Origin: a virus
Taxonomy: Duplodnaviria > Caudoviricetes
Length of the DNA: 53,064 bases
IMG/VR virus record: IMGVR_UViG_3300025098_000064
Location: 1 to 53,064 of that record
Strand: one strand, 5' to 3'
Under the pieces are notes generated by a model. That model worked only from the letters and a program-made list of their open reading frames with translations, was not told the origin of the DNA and made no database searches. A program made the position numbers and the translations under genes. Positions 27,089-35,525 of this stretch are shown in pieces (the stretch's first letter is position 1; each line of letters starts with the position of its first letter).

Positions 27089-27440
27089 CACTAAGCGTCT
27101 GGGTGATCTGGCTGAACAATGGGTATGTCTCTTAGCTGCCTGGAAAGGGGCTGAGGTCTTCCCAAACATTAACTCGACAGGGGCAACTGATCTACTGATG
27201 ATCATTGATGGTCGAACTATCCAGATCGACGTTAAATGTGATCAGATTCGTCATTCAACTGGTAGGTGGGTCAATACCCATAGCGGTTGTGTTTCTGCAC
27301 CTGTCTATCCCGTAGCTGTTACCCCTGGTGGTGACATTTGCTCTTGGACTGTCCGCTGGATCCAGGGCCGTGAACCTTCGGGCTTGTCCGATTTCTGGTC
27401 TAAAGATTACAGCCTCACTTCCACTACCACAGCCGAATGA
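27045..27440 (+). CDS. Putative PD-(D/E)XK endonuclease
   Basis: GDLAE...TDLLMIIDGRTIQIDVK matches the E...D...(D/E)xK catalytic layout. The exact start is uncertain. Confidence 0.55.
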   Translation: MQSLLSATIGRNVISTKRLGDLAEQWVCLLAAWKGAEVFPNINSTGATDLLMIIDGRTIQIDVKCDQIRHSTGRWVNTHSGCVSAPVYPVAVTPGGDICSWTVRWIQGREPSGLSDFWSKDYSLTSTTTAE

Positions 27441-28162
27441 AAACAACGATTCTTCTTGATGCAGACTTCTTCTTCTATCGCGCCGCCTCTTCATCAGAAG
27501 ATGAACTTGACTTCTCCCATGATGTCACTGTTGTTGTCGGGTCTTTCTCCAAGGGAAAAAGCATTATTAATCGCGAGATTGAAAATCTCCTAACTCGCTT
27601 TGATACCGACAAGATTATTTTATTTTTCACAGCACCAGACAATTTCCGTAAGGATGTTGATCCTGAGTACAAAGGCAATCGGACTAAGCGAAAGCCTTGT
27701 GGATATAAAAAATTAGTTAATTGGGGCAAGGAAACTTGGCCCTCACAAACCTATCCCCGATTAGAAGCAGATGATGTTCTTGGCATTGTCGCCACGAATG
27801 GTTCAATTGACGACTTTGTTCTGGTCTCGCCAGATAAAGACATGCAGCAAATTCCTTGTCGACTTTATGATCTCAAAACCGAATACACACAGACTCCAGA
27901 AGCAGCTGAATACAAACTCTGGGAGCAGACGCTCACCGGGGATGCTACTGACGGCTACAAAGGTTGCATCGGCGTGGGGCCGAAACGTGCTGCGCAGATC
28001 CTCAAGAAAGCAAAAGGTAAGTACTGGGAAGTAGTTGTTGAAGCATTTAAGGAAGCAGGTCAAACAGAGGCAGACGCTCTCCGTAACTTGCAACTAGCTC
28101 GAATACTTCAAGCACAGGACTACGACACCAAAACACAAACACCAATTCTATTCACACCATGA
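27437..28162 (+). CDS. 5'-3' exonuclease (T7 gp6-like)
   Basis: LLDADF, NFRK...YKGNR, LEADDVLG, SPDKD and GDATDGYKGCIGVG. Confidence 0.93.
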   Translation: MKTTILLDADFFFYRAASSSEDELDFSHDVTVVVGSFSKGKSIINREIENLLTRFDTDKIILFFTAPDNFRKDVDPEYKGNRTKRKPCGYKKLVNWGKETWPSQTYPRLEADDVLGIVATNGSIDDFVLVSPDKDMQQIPCRLYDLKTEYTQTPEAAEYKLWEQTLTGDATDGYKGCIGVGPKRAAQILKKAKGKYWEVVVEAFKEAGQTEADALRNLQLARILQAQDYDTKTQTPILFTP

Positions 28163-28434
28163 ACAAAGGTCCTTCCTATTACCAGCGTGGAAACACAGAA
28201 GTCTGGGATTTTATCCGTGAACAGGAGCTGAACTATCACCTGGGATGTGCTGTCAAGTACATCGCTCGTGCAGGGCATAAGGAATCCAAAATTCAAGATC
28301 TCACCAAAGCTATCCACTACTTACAAAATGAACTGGAAAACACAATTGATGCGTCAAGCTCAAGAATTTCGTACGACGTTCAAAATAAAGAATACTACAT
28401 CGGCAAGGACGATTCAGAAATGTTTGATCGATGA
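28159..28434 (+). CDS. DUF3310 / T7 gp1.7-like protein
   Basis: PSYYQRGNTEVWDFI...GCAVKYIARAGHK...QDLTKAIHYL. Confidence 0.8.
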   Translation: MNKGPSYYQRGNTEVWDFIREQELNYHLGCAVKYIARAGHKESKIQDLTKAIHYLQNELENTIDASSSRISYDVQNKEYYIGKDDSEMFDR

Positions 28435-28687
28435 AGAGTGGTCTGAGTTTCATGAGGCTTATCACTTTAAATCTAAAGAATGTCAAGCTAAAGAGTTAGG
28501 TGATGTTGTCTTTACTTGTTATCAATATGCTTGTAATGAAGGTTGGGATCTTGATGAGATTATGGATCGTATTTATAAATCAAATATGTCCAAGCTCGAT
28601 GAGAACGGTGAGCCAATCTTTCGTGCAGACGGCAAAGTTCTTAAGTCACAGTTTTATTCCGAACCTATTTTAATTGATTTACTATGA
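28328..28687 (+). CDS. MazG-like nucleoside triphosphate pyrophosphohydrolase
   Basis: LIDEEWSEF...KELGDVV...SNMSKLDENGEPIFRADGKVLK. Start reassigned to ATG 28328. Confidence 0.8.
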   Translation: MNWKTQLMRQAQEFRTTFKIKNTTSARTIQKCLIDEEWSEFHEAYHFKSKECQAKELGDVVFTCYQYACNEGWDLDEIMDRIYKSNMSKLDENGEPIFRADGKVLKSQFYSEPILIDLL

Positions 28688-30057
28688 AAAAAGACTACAT
28701 CGCTCGCACAGGTCGAGTGCGTTCATGGATGGACAATCCAGATTCAAAATTACCGGTGAGCTGCACGGTTTACATCTGCGAAGACGCAATGGAGGGAAGA
28801 AATGGAATTGAGAGCAGCTGGCGCTACGTTAGCCATGCCTTACGGAATGCGGCAGGAGTCGCTGTCCATTTATCTAAACTCCGTCCAAGGGGTACAGAGA
28901 ATGGAAAGGGTCTCGTCTCTTCAGGCCCAGTGTCGTTTGCAAGGATTTACTCTGGACTTAACGAAACTCTAAGAAGGGGTGGGCACTACAAAAATGGTGC
29001 TTGTGTTTGCGTACTAGATCTCAATCATGATGATGTAGAAGAGTTTATTGATGCAACTCGGGCTGAGCTCCCTTGGATCAAAAAGTGTCTGCAAGTTACG
29101 CCTGAATGGTGGGAACAAACATCAGTAAATTTGAAGGAAAAAATTCTTCAGGCACTTAAGGCTGGAGATGTCTGGCTAACTAAAGTTAAGTACGACCAGA
29201 AAGGTAATCGTGTTTTTTCTAATGTTTGCCAGGAGATCTTCTTGCCTCACAGAGGTAGTTGTTTGCTTACCCATGTAAATCTTGGGGCCTGTGATATCGA
29301 TGACTTATATGATGCCTTTTATGAAGGGATGCTTGAACTGTGTAACTTGCATCCTACTACCGGTGTCGGTGAGACAGGGGAGTATCTCGATCCATCAGAA
29401 GATAAACAGGTCGGTCTGGGGATGCTTGGACTTGCCAATTTCCTTTCCATTCATGGAGTAAGTTATGCCGCTTTTGGTGAAGCACTCACACTCGTTGACG
29501 ATGAATCAGCTGCCTGGACTCCAGCGCTTTGTATTGCTCGTAGTCTGCGGAGTGCTATTAACAATGCAGCTAATGTTGCTCGTGCTCATGGCATGGACAG
29601 AGCATTTACAATCGCGCCTACAGCATCATGTTCATACCAATACGTTGACCTTAAAGGAAATACAACAGCACCTGAGATCGCCCCACCCATCAGCAGAAAT
29701 GTAGATCGCGACTCAGGCACCTTCGGTGTCCAGAGCTTCTCATATGGGGATTGCGAAATCGCCAGTGAAGTCGGGTGGGAAAATTACAAGGCAGTTGCAA
29801 ACGGCATCTGCCAATTACTTGAAAATACAGGAATGTTCCATGGCTATTCATATAACCATTGGAGCGATTTCGTCACCTACGACGAGGAATTTATTCAGGA
29901 CTGGTTTAACAGTCCGCAGACATCACTCTATTACGCACTACAAGTCAGCCCAGATACATTGAGGAAAGACGACGTGAGTTCGATTATGGATGAGGACTAC
30001 GCAAATATCTTTGATTTTTCTGATGACAACGACTTCTGCTCCAGCTGCGCTGAGTAG
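28684..30057 (+). CDS. Ribonucleotide reductase alpha subunit (compact cyanopodovirus type)
   Basis: PVSC, NVCQE (NxCxE), TIAPTASCS, SLYY tyrosine pair and C-terminal CSSCAE. Confidence 0.92.
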   Translation: MKKDYIARTGRVRSWMDNPDSKLPVSCTVYICEDAMEGRNGIESSWRYVSHALRNAAGVAVHLSKLRPRGTENGKGLVSSGPVSFARIYSGLNETLRRGGHYKNGACVCVLDLNHDDVEEFIDATRAELPWIKKCLQVTPEWWEQTSVNLKEKILQALKAGDVWLTKVKYDQKGNRVFSNVCQEIFLPHRGSCLLTHVNLGACDIDDLYDAFYEGMLELCNLHPTTGVGETGEYLDPSEDKQVGLGMLGLANFLSIHGVSYAAFGEALTLVDDESAAWTPALCIARSLRSAINNAANVARAHGMDRAFTIAPTASCSYQYVDLKGNTTAPEIAPPISRNVDRDSGTFGVQSFSYGDCEIASEVGWENYKAVANGICQLLENTGMFHGYSYNHWSDFVTYDEEFIQDWFNSPQTSLYYALQVSPDTLRKDDVSSIMDEDYANIFDFSDDNDFCSSCAE

Positions 30058-30769
30058 CTATACAAAAATCCTAAACCGTAAACGCTCTTGGACTCCTGTT
30101 CAGGGAGAGAAGGGGGTACTTGTAGAGGGCTCAGAGGCCACTCTAAAAAGATGTCTAGCCCTACGCACATTAGAGCTTCCCGTTAAGGAGATGCTCTCCC
30201 AAGGCTTAGAGAAAGACCTGCCAAATGACCCCGGAGTTATCCCTGCACTTCAATCAAACATGTTGGATGAAGACAAGCATGATCTTGGTTTGTCGTTTGT
30301 CGTTCGTGCTCATGGTGTGGATGCATCCGCAGAGCGAGAAGCCCAGGCAATTCGTAAGGCTTGGCTTGCTGCACCCGAGCACCCAATCCTTAAAACAGCG
30401 ATCCTAGAAAGGTCAGTTTTCTTTGTACTTCTACCGTTCTTTAGATTTAACGGAGACATGATGATTAGAAGTCTTGCTAGCGATATTAGCCGAGACGAAC
30501 AAACCCATGTTGCTCTCCATGGAATGGTTGCACACGATCTTGGTCTCTCATCAACTGAAGGGCTAAACAAACTACGAAAGGCAACAGTCTTGTGGGCAAT
30601 GGATCTACTAGGTACAAACGAAAACAAGTATCTTGACAAAGACTTTTGGCTTAAGCAGTCAGATAGTCTTTACTCAAGAGGGAAGGCAGAAGGCTTGGCT
30701 GACACACAGCGATCCAGAATGCCAGCGTTTTTTGAGACCTCGAATATTAATTTACCGCAGTATGGATGA
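30023..30769 (+). CDS. Ribonucleotide reductase beta subunit (ferritin-like di-metal protein)
   Basis: Ligand pattern E(LELP)...DEDKH...E(LERSVFF)...DEQTH; overlaps the alpha subunit gene. Confidence 0.8.
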   Translation: MTTTSAPAALSSYTKILNRKRSWTPVQGEKGVLVEGSEATLKRCLALRTLELPVKEMLSQGLEKDLPNDPGVIPALQSNMLDEDKHDLGLSFVVRAHGVDASAEREAQAIRKAWLAAPEHPILKTAILERSVFFVLLPFFRFNGDMMIRSLASDISRDEQTHVALHGMVAHDLGLSSTEGLNKLRKATVLWAMDLLGTNENKYLDKDFWLKQSDSLYSRGKAEGLADTQRSRMPAFFETSNINLPQYG

Positions 30770-30914
30770 CACCAGTACTAAGGCTCTCTTGAGAGTCTTG
30801 GAGGAAGCATTTCCAGCAACAAATCCAATACCAACAAATACTTACGAATACATTATGTATCGCGCCGGTCAACGGGCGGTCATTGATTACATCTATCAAC
30901 TAATTGAGGAATAG
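30762..30914 (+). CDS. Small conserved T7-like protein (50 aa)
   Basis: LEEAFP...IMYRAGQRAVIDYI, a pattern commonly seen just upstream of portal genes. Confidence 0.6.
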   Translation: MDDTSTKALLRVLEEAFPATNPIPTNTYEYIMYRAGQRAVIDYIYQLIEE

Positions 30915-30917
30915 CTT

Positions 30918-31388
30918 ATGTGTGGCGGCGGCGGCGGCGGCGGCGGTGAGTCCAAAAGGGACAAACAAGAACGCAAGGAACGTGAAAGAGAGATGGATAT
31001 GCGGTATAGACGAGACCGCCAAAAAGCGGCTGAAGACCAAGCAAGAATGGAGCAACAGCAGAGAGACTTTGCTACTGAGCAAGCACGTATTGCAGCAATA
31101 CCTCCAGTCCAAGCTCGTCAAAATATGTTTTACAGTGTGCCTGAGCCCGGTGCTCCTGGTGATGCTGTAGCACCAATGAATCCTGGAACGGGTGTCAATG
31201 AGACATTTGATTTGTCAGTTGCACCTCCTACGTTGGTTAATAACAATGTAAAGCCTACGATTAAGACCAATGCAGTTGCCAGTAAGAAAAAGGCATCTAA
31301 AGGTTCTAAATTGACAATTGACAAAAATAGTTCTATCGGCTCTGGCAAAGGTAAGAGTTCTTCAACAGGCTTAAATATCCCTACTTAA
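30918..31388 (+). CDS. Virion assembly/ejection protein (T7 gp6.7/7.3 position)
   Basis: MCGGGG start, basic C-terminus ending GLNIPT, 1 nt before the portal. Contains (GGC)7 at 30924-30944. Confidence 0.55.
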   Translation: MCGGGGGGGGESKRDKQERKEREREMDMRYRRDRQKAAEDQARMEQQQRDFATEQARIAAIPPVQARQNMFYSVPEPGAPGDAVAPMNPGTGVNETFDLSVAPPTLVNNNVKPTIKTNAVASKKKASKGSKLTIDKNSSIGSGKGKSSSTGLNIPT

Positions 31389-31389
31389 T

Positions 31390-33030
31390 ATGAAATCATC
31401 CGCACAAGCACGGTATCAGTTTGGTGTAGCGGAGAGAGAAGACTTTTTGGAGATGGGTCGTCGTTGTGCGGCACTCACTCTTCCTTACCTCCTTACCCCA
31501 GATGGTCATGGGAATGGTGAGCCACTCCCTACGCCTTGGCAATCGCAAGGCAGCAAAGGGGTCAACGTCTTAGCTTCAAAAATGATGTTGAGTCTTTTCC
31601 CTATAAATACAAGCTTTTTTAAGCTACAAATTAACGATGCTGAACTTCAAAATATGCCCGATATAGGGCCTGAAGTTCGTTCTGAAATCGACCTCTCTTT
31701 AAACAAGATGGAGAGGGTTGTAATGCAACATATCAATGAAACAAGTGATCGCTCACTTCTTCATGTTGCTATGAAACATCTTGTTGTTACTGGTAACTGC
31801 TTACTATTTCAAGGTAAAGATGCACTACGTGTTTTTCCTCTTGATCGTTATGTTGTATGCCGTGATGGTAACGGCAAGGTTACAGAGATAGTTACAAGAG
31901 AGCTAGTAGACCGACAAGAGCTCGGTCCAGAGTTTCAGGCAACAACGGCTGACATGAGTGGCTCTGATTCCAATAGCCCTGGCGAGGACGGTCCAAAGCT
32001 AGGAGTAGCAACTGGAGCATACGGAAGCAAGAACGCTGAAGTGTTTACCCTTGTTAGGTATGTTGGTAATCAAGTTAAATGGCATCAGGAATGTGATGGC
32101 AAGATTATTAAAGGCAGTGAATCTAGTTCACCTTTAAAGCACACTCCCTGGACCCCACTTAGATTCAATGTCGCGGACAATGAGTCATACGGTCGTGGTC
32201 GTGTTGAGGAGTTTTTTGGAGATCTTGCTGCTCTTAATGAACTGATGAAGGCGATGGTAGAAGGTTCAGCAGCGTGTGCCAAGATTATTTTCTTGGTGTC
32301 ACCTTCTGCTACTACCAAACCTCAATCATTAGCAAGAGCAAGTTCTGGGGCTATCATCCAGGGCCGTCCAGAGGACGTTGGCGTTGTATCAGTGGGTAAA
32401 TCTGCAGATTTCCAAACTGTTCAACAGATGATTGTATTGCTTACTCAGCGCTTGTCTGATGCTTTCTTGATTCTGTCTGTTAGACAGTCTGAGCGCACAA
32501 CTGCCAGCGAAGTCATGGCCGTTCAACAGGAGCTAAATGAGCAACTCGGGGGAATTTTCGGAAATCTAACTCAAGAATTGTTGAGACCTTATTTGTCTCG
32601 TAAGCTTTATATCATGAGTAAGGCCAAGCAACTACCTTCATTGCCCAAAGACTTGGTTATGCCGACTGTTGTCGCTGGTCTTAATGGTGTTGGTCGGGGT
32701 CAAGATAAACAATCCCTTATGGAATTTGTTCAAACCCTTGGTCAAAGCATGGGTCCACAGGCTCTCCAAACCTACATTCAGCCATCAGAATTTATTTCAC
32801 GTCTTGCTGCTGCAAGTGGAATCGACGTAGTTGGTCTGGTGAAAACACAGGCAGAGCTACAAAGCGAGCAGCAAGCTCAGCAACAGCAGGCGACACAAGA
32901 ATCAATCATGGGACAGATGGGGCAACTAGCCAAGTCACCTATGGCAGAACAACTGATGGGACAACAAGGACCAAATGGAACAGAAGAAGAAGAGAGCACG
33001 GAGCCCCAAAGGCCAATTCAAGGGGAATAA
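31390..33030 (+). CDS. Portal / head-tail connector (T7 gp8-like)
   Basis: LTLPYL, WQSQGSKGVNVLASKMMLSLFP, ESYGRG and RQSERTTASEV. Confidence 0.95.
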   Translation: MKSSAQARYQFGVAEREDFLEMGRRCAALTLPYLLTPDGHGNGEPLPTPWQSQGSKGVNVLASKMMLSLFPINTSFFKLQINDAELQNMPDIGPEVRSEIDLSLNKMERVVMQHINETSDRSLLHVAMKHLVVTGNCLLFQGKDALRVFPLDRYVVCRDGNGKVTEIVTRELVDRQELGPEFQATTADMSGSDSNSPGEDGPKLGVATGAYGSKNAEVFTLVRYVGNQVKWHQECDGKIIKGSESSSPLKHTPWTPLRFNVADNESYGRGRVEEFFGDLAALNELMKAMVEGSAACAKIIFLVSPSATTKPQSLARASSGAIIQGRPEDVGVVSVGKSADFQTVQQMIVLLTQRLSDAFLILSVRQSERTTASEVMAVQQELNEQLGGIFGNLTQELLRPYLSRKLYIMSKAKQLPSLPKDLVMPTVVAGLNGVGRGQDKQSLMEFVQTLGQSMGPQALQTYIQPSEFISRLAAASGIDVVGLVKTQAELQSEQQAQQQQATQESIMGQMGQLAKSPMAEQLMGQQGPNGTEEEESTEPQRPIQGE

Positions 33031-33205
33031 CCCCGACAATCCCGAGCTCAATGATGCTTGGGAGCCAGAGCCTATTAAACCTTTAGCTCCTAAAGTTAAA
33101 TACACCATTAAGCCCTCTGTTAGAGGGTCAGCTACGGCTGGTAAATACACAATGAATAAAAAGATCCGTCCGACCTTCGGCGGGTTAAACACCACGTCTA
33201 ACTAA
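32975..33205 (+). CDS. Basic hypothetical protein
   Basis: 76 aa (KRARSPKGQFKGNNP); its stop abuts the scaffold ATG. Confidence 0.55.
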   Translation: MEQKKKRARSPKGQFKGNNPDNPELNDAWEPEPIKPLAPKVKYTIKPSVRGSATAGKYTMNKKIRPTFGGLNTTSN

Positions 33206-34048
33206 ATGCCCACTATCGAATTTGACCCTTCCGAGGGTGTCACATCTGAACAACAAGCATCTGAAGCCAACGCACTAGCGCAAGGTGAAAAGATTGCTGA
33301 AATGAATGAGGCTGATCGTAATAATCGGCTTCAACAGCAGGAAGATTCTCAAGAGCAAACAGCTCTCATCGGTGGCAAGTTCAAGTCACAGGATGATCTT
33401 CTTAAAGCATATAACGAACTTCAAAAGAAATTAGGTACTCCTAATGACGAATCTACAGATGAGCAGGTCGAAGAAGGGCTGCAAACCGAAGGGGAGCAAG
33501 AAGCCGAAGAAGTAAGTGTCGGCGAAGGCGCTGCTTACATGCTTGAGTTGTCCAAGGAATATAGTTCCACGGGTGCTTTGTCTGATGAAGCCATGGAACG
33601 TCTTTCTTCCATGGATCAAAAGGATCTGATCAATTCATATTTTGAATATCAGTCCCATATGAATCAGCAGGCCGGTCAGCAGCAACTTGCTAATGATCAA
33701 GTACGAGACATCCAGAACTCTGTCGGTGGTGCTGAGGCTTATTCACAGCTTATTACTTGGGCATCACAAAACTTGAGCTCAGAAGAGATCAATGATTTTA
33801 ATAGCATTACCAATGACGGTAATGTGGCTGCCGCAAGATTTGCAGTAGAAGCCCTGTCTAGCCGCTATAAGCAGGCTGAGGGCTACGAGGCACCGCTTGT
33901 TACCGGTAAGGCTGCTGGTAGTGGTATTAAGCCCTTCAGGAGTCAAGCAGAGCTCGCTCGTGCGATTGCTGATCCTCTTTATTCACAAGATCCTGCTTAT
34001 CGTATGGATGTTGAAGCACGTCTGGCTAAGTCGAAAGACCTTCTGTAA
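33206..34048 (+). CDS. Capsid scaffolding protein (T7 gp9-like)
   Basis: GKFKSQDDLLKAYNELQKKLG, VGGAEAYSQLITWA and DPLYSQDPAYRMDVEARL. Confidence 0.92.
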   Translation: MPTIEFDPSEGVTSEQQASEANALAQGEKIAEMNEADRNNRLQQQEDSQEQTALIGGKFKSQDDLLKAYNELQKKLGTPNDESTDEQVEEGLQTEGEQEAEEVSVGEGAAYMLELSKEYSSTGALSDEAMERLSSMDQKDLINSYFEYQSHMNQQAGQQQLANDQVRDIQNSVGGAEAYSQLITWASQNLSSEEINDFNSITNDGNVAAARFAVEALSSRYKQAEGYEAPLVTGKAAGSGIKPFRSQAELARAIADPLYSQDPAYRMDVEARLAKSKDLL

Positions 34049-34056
34049 CTCCATAG

Positions 34057-34122
34057 TTCGTTCATCCGAAAGGACGCATCTACTCAGTGCATGGAACGGG
34101 GCCTGAGCCTATGGAGTTTCCA
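34057..34122 (+). ncRNA. Downstream-peptide (glutamine-II) riboswitch
   Basis: CGTTCA-TCC(GAAA)GGA-CGCA...GGAACGGG core. P1 is CGTTC/GAACG, the pseudoknot is CTCAG(34083)/CTGAG(34103), then GGAG RBS and CAATG. Confidence 0.85.
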
Positions 34123-34224
34123 ATGACTGACATTCAAGTCCAGCAAGCGGTTCGCCTTCAGAAGGCTGCCAAAAAACAAACTAAGCTCACCTATCGTGGT
34201 GTCCAGTACTTATTGTCTAAGTAA
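34123..34224 (+). CDS. DUF4278-type small peptide (33 aa)
   Basis: MTDIQVQQAVRLQKAAKKQTKLTYRGVQYLLSK* with the LTYRGV motif, directly under the riboswitch. Confidence 0.82.
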   Translation: MTDIQVQQAVRLQKAAKKQTKLTYRGVQYLLSK

Positions 34225-34461
34225 GCTTAAAAACTTTTCCTTATAAATTCCCAAGGACGGTTATGGAATCTAGGACCGGAAAAGCCTAGATCCCCGGAGA
34301 GAGGGCACCTCAGTGTCGGACCCTCTCTTCATTTGCCATTCGAGCCCGGATAGTCCGAGACAACTCGTTTGGTGCTAGCGCCAAGTTGATGGCCCTAAAT
34401 CAACAAACACATACGCGTAAGTGAGCTTCATATAAACAAACTTTTTTAATTTTATCTAATC

Positions 34462-35463
34462 ATGGCTTTTCCTGATTATCCAATGGCCAGGCCGAACTCG
34501 GTCAATGGCAACCAATCAAATGCGTACGCTGATAAGTACGCAACAGCTTTAACCTTATTCAGTGGAGAGGTGTTCAATGCCTTCAACTCCGCTACAATTT
34601 TCAAAGGACTTGTCCGTAACTATACACTTAGAGGCGGCAAATCAAAACAGTTCTTGATGCAAGGGAAGCTCGGTGCGGGCTATCATACGCCTGGAACACC
34701 GATCGTAGCTGACGCTGCAATCAAGGCAAATGAAAAGACAATCATCATGGATGATTTGTTGATTTCTAGTCAATTTGTCTATGGACTTGATGAGATTTTG
34801 AGCCAGTATTCTCAACGCTCAGAGATTTCCAAGCAAATCGGTGAAGCTCTTGCCCTGCACTACGATGATCGTATCGTGCGTGTGCTTGCTAAGGCAGCTA
34901 CCGAAGCTTCTCCTGTTACAGGTGAGCCTGGTGGATTCCAAGTCAACATTGGCTCTGGTAACACCAACAACGCTCAAGCAATTGTTGACGGATTCTTTGA
35001 AGCCGCTGCAGTGCTCGACGAGCGCTCAGCACCCCAGGAAGGCAGGGCCTGTTGCCTTTCTCCTCGTCAATATTATTCTTTGGTTTCTAGCGTCGATACA
35101 GGAATCCTGAATCGCGAAATTGGAAACTCTCAAGGTGACATGAATAGCGGCAAGGGTCTCTACTCTATTGCTGGTATTCGTATCTATAAGTCCAATGTAT
35201 TGGCAACTCAGTACGGTAAGGACGCAACTGATAATGCTTCTGTCACTGGCGAAAATAACAGCTATGTGATTGATAACAGCAATCTTGCCGGACTGGTGTT
35301 TCATAAAGAAGCTGCTGGAACTGTTGAAGCTGTTGCTCCATCAATCCAGACCACAAGTAATGACTTCAATGTCCAATACCAAGGAGATTTGGTCGTGGGA
35401 CGTTTAGCTCTCGGCTGCGCATCCTTGCGTACTTCAGTAGCTGGATCTTTCCAAGCTGCTTGA
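34462..35463 (+). CDS. Major capsid protein (T7 gp10-like)
   Basis: LTLFSGEVFNAF, GGKSKQF, IMDDLLIS, RSEISKQIGEALA and YQGDLVVG. Confidence 0.96.
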   Translation: MAFPDYPMARPNSVNGNQSNAYADKYATALTLFSGEVFNAFNSATIFKGLVRNYTLRGGKSKQFLMQGKLGAGYHTPGTPIVADAAIKANEKTIIMDDLLISSQFVYGLDEILSQYSQRSEISKQIGEALALHYDDRIVRVLAKAATEASPVTGEPGGFQVNIGSGNTNNAQAIVDGFFEAAAVLDERSAPQEGRACCLSPRQYYSLVSSVDTGILNREIGNSQGDMNSGKGLYSIAGIRIYKSNVLATQYGKDATDNASVTGENNSYVIDNSNLAGLVFHKEAAGTVEAVAPSIQTTSNDFNVQYQGDLVVGRLALGCASLRTSVAGSFQAA

Positions 35464-35478
35464 TACAAATATAATTTT

Positions 35479-35503
35479 CCCCTGGGGCTTCGGCCCCTCG
35501 GGG
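35479..35503 (+). terminator. Hairpin after the capsid gene (T-phi position)
   Basis: GGGGC-TTCG-GCCCC stem with a C(UUCG)G loop, extended by CCCC/GGGG. The T tract is weak. Confidence 0.6.
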
Positions 35504-35525
35504 TTCATCATTCCCTAGAAAATAA

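Noticed and set aside
35440-35525. T7 10B-type frameshift extension of the capsid protein
   Set aside because: There is no clear slippery heptamer, and only 62 nt containing a hairpin lie before the next gene, leaving no room for an extension domain.
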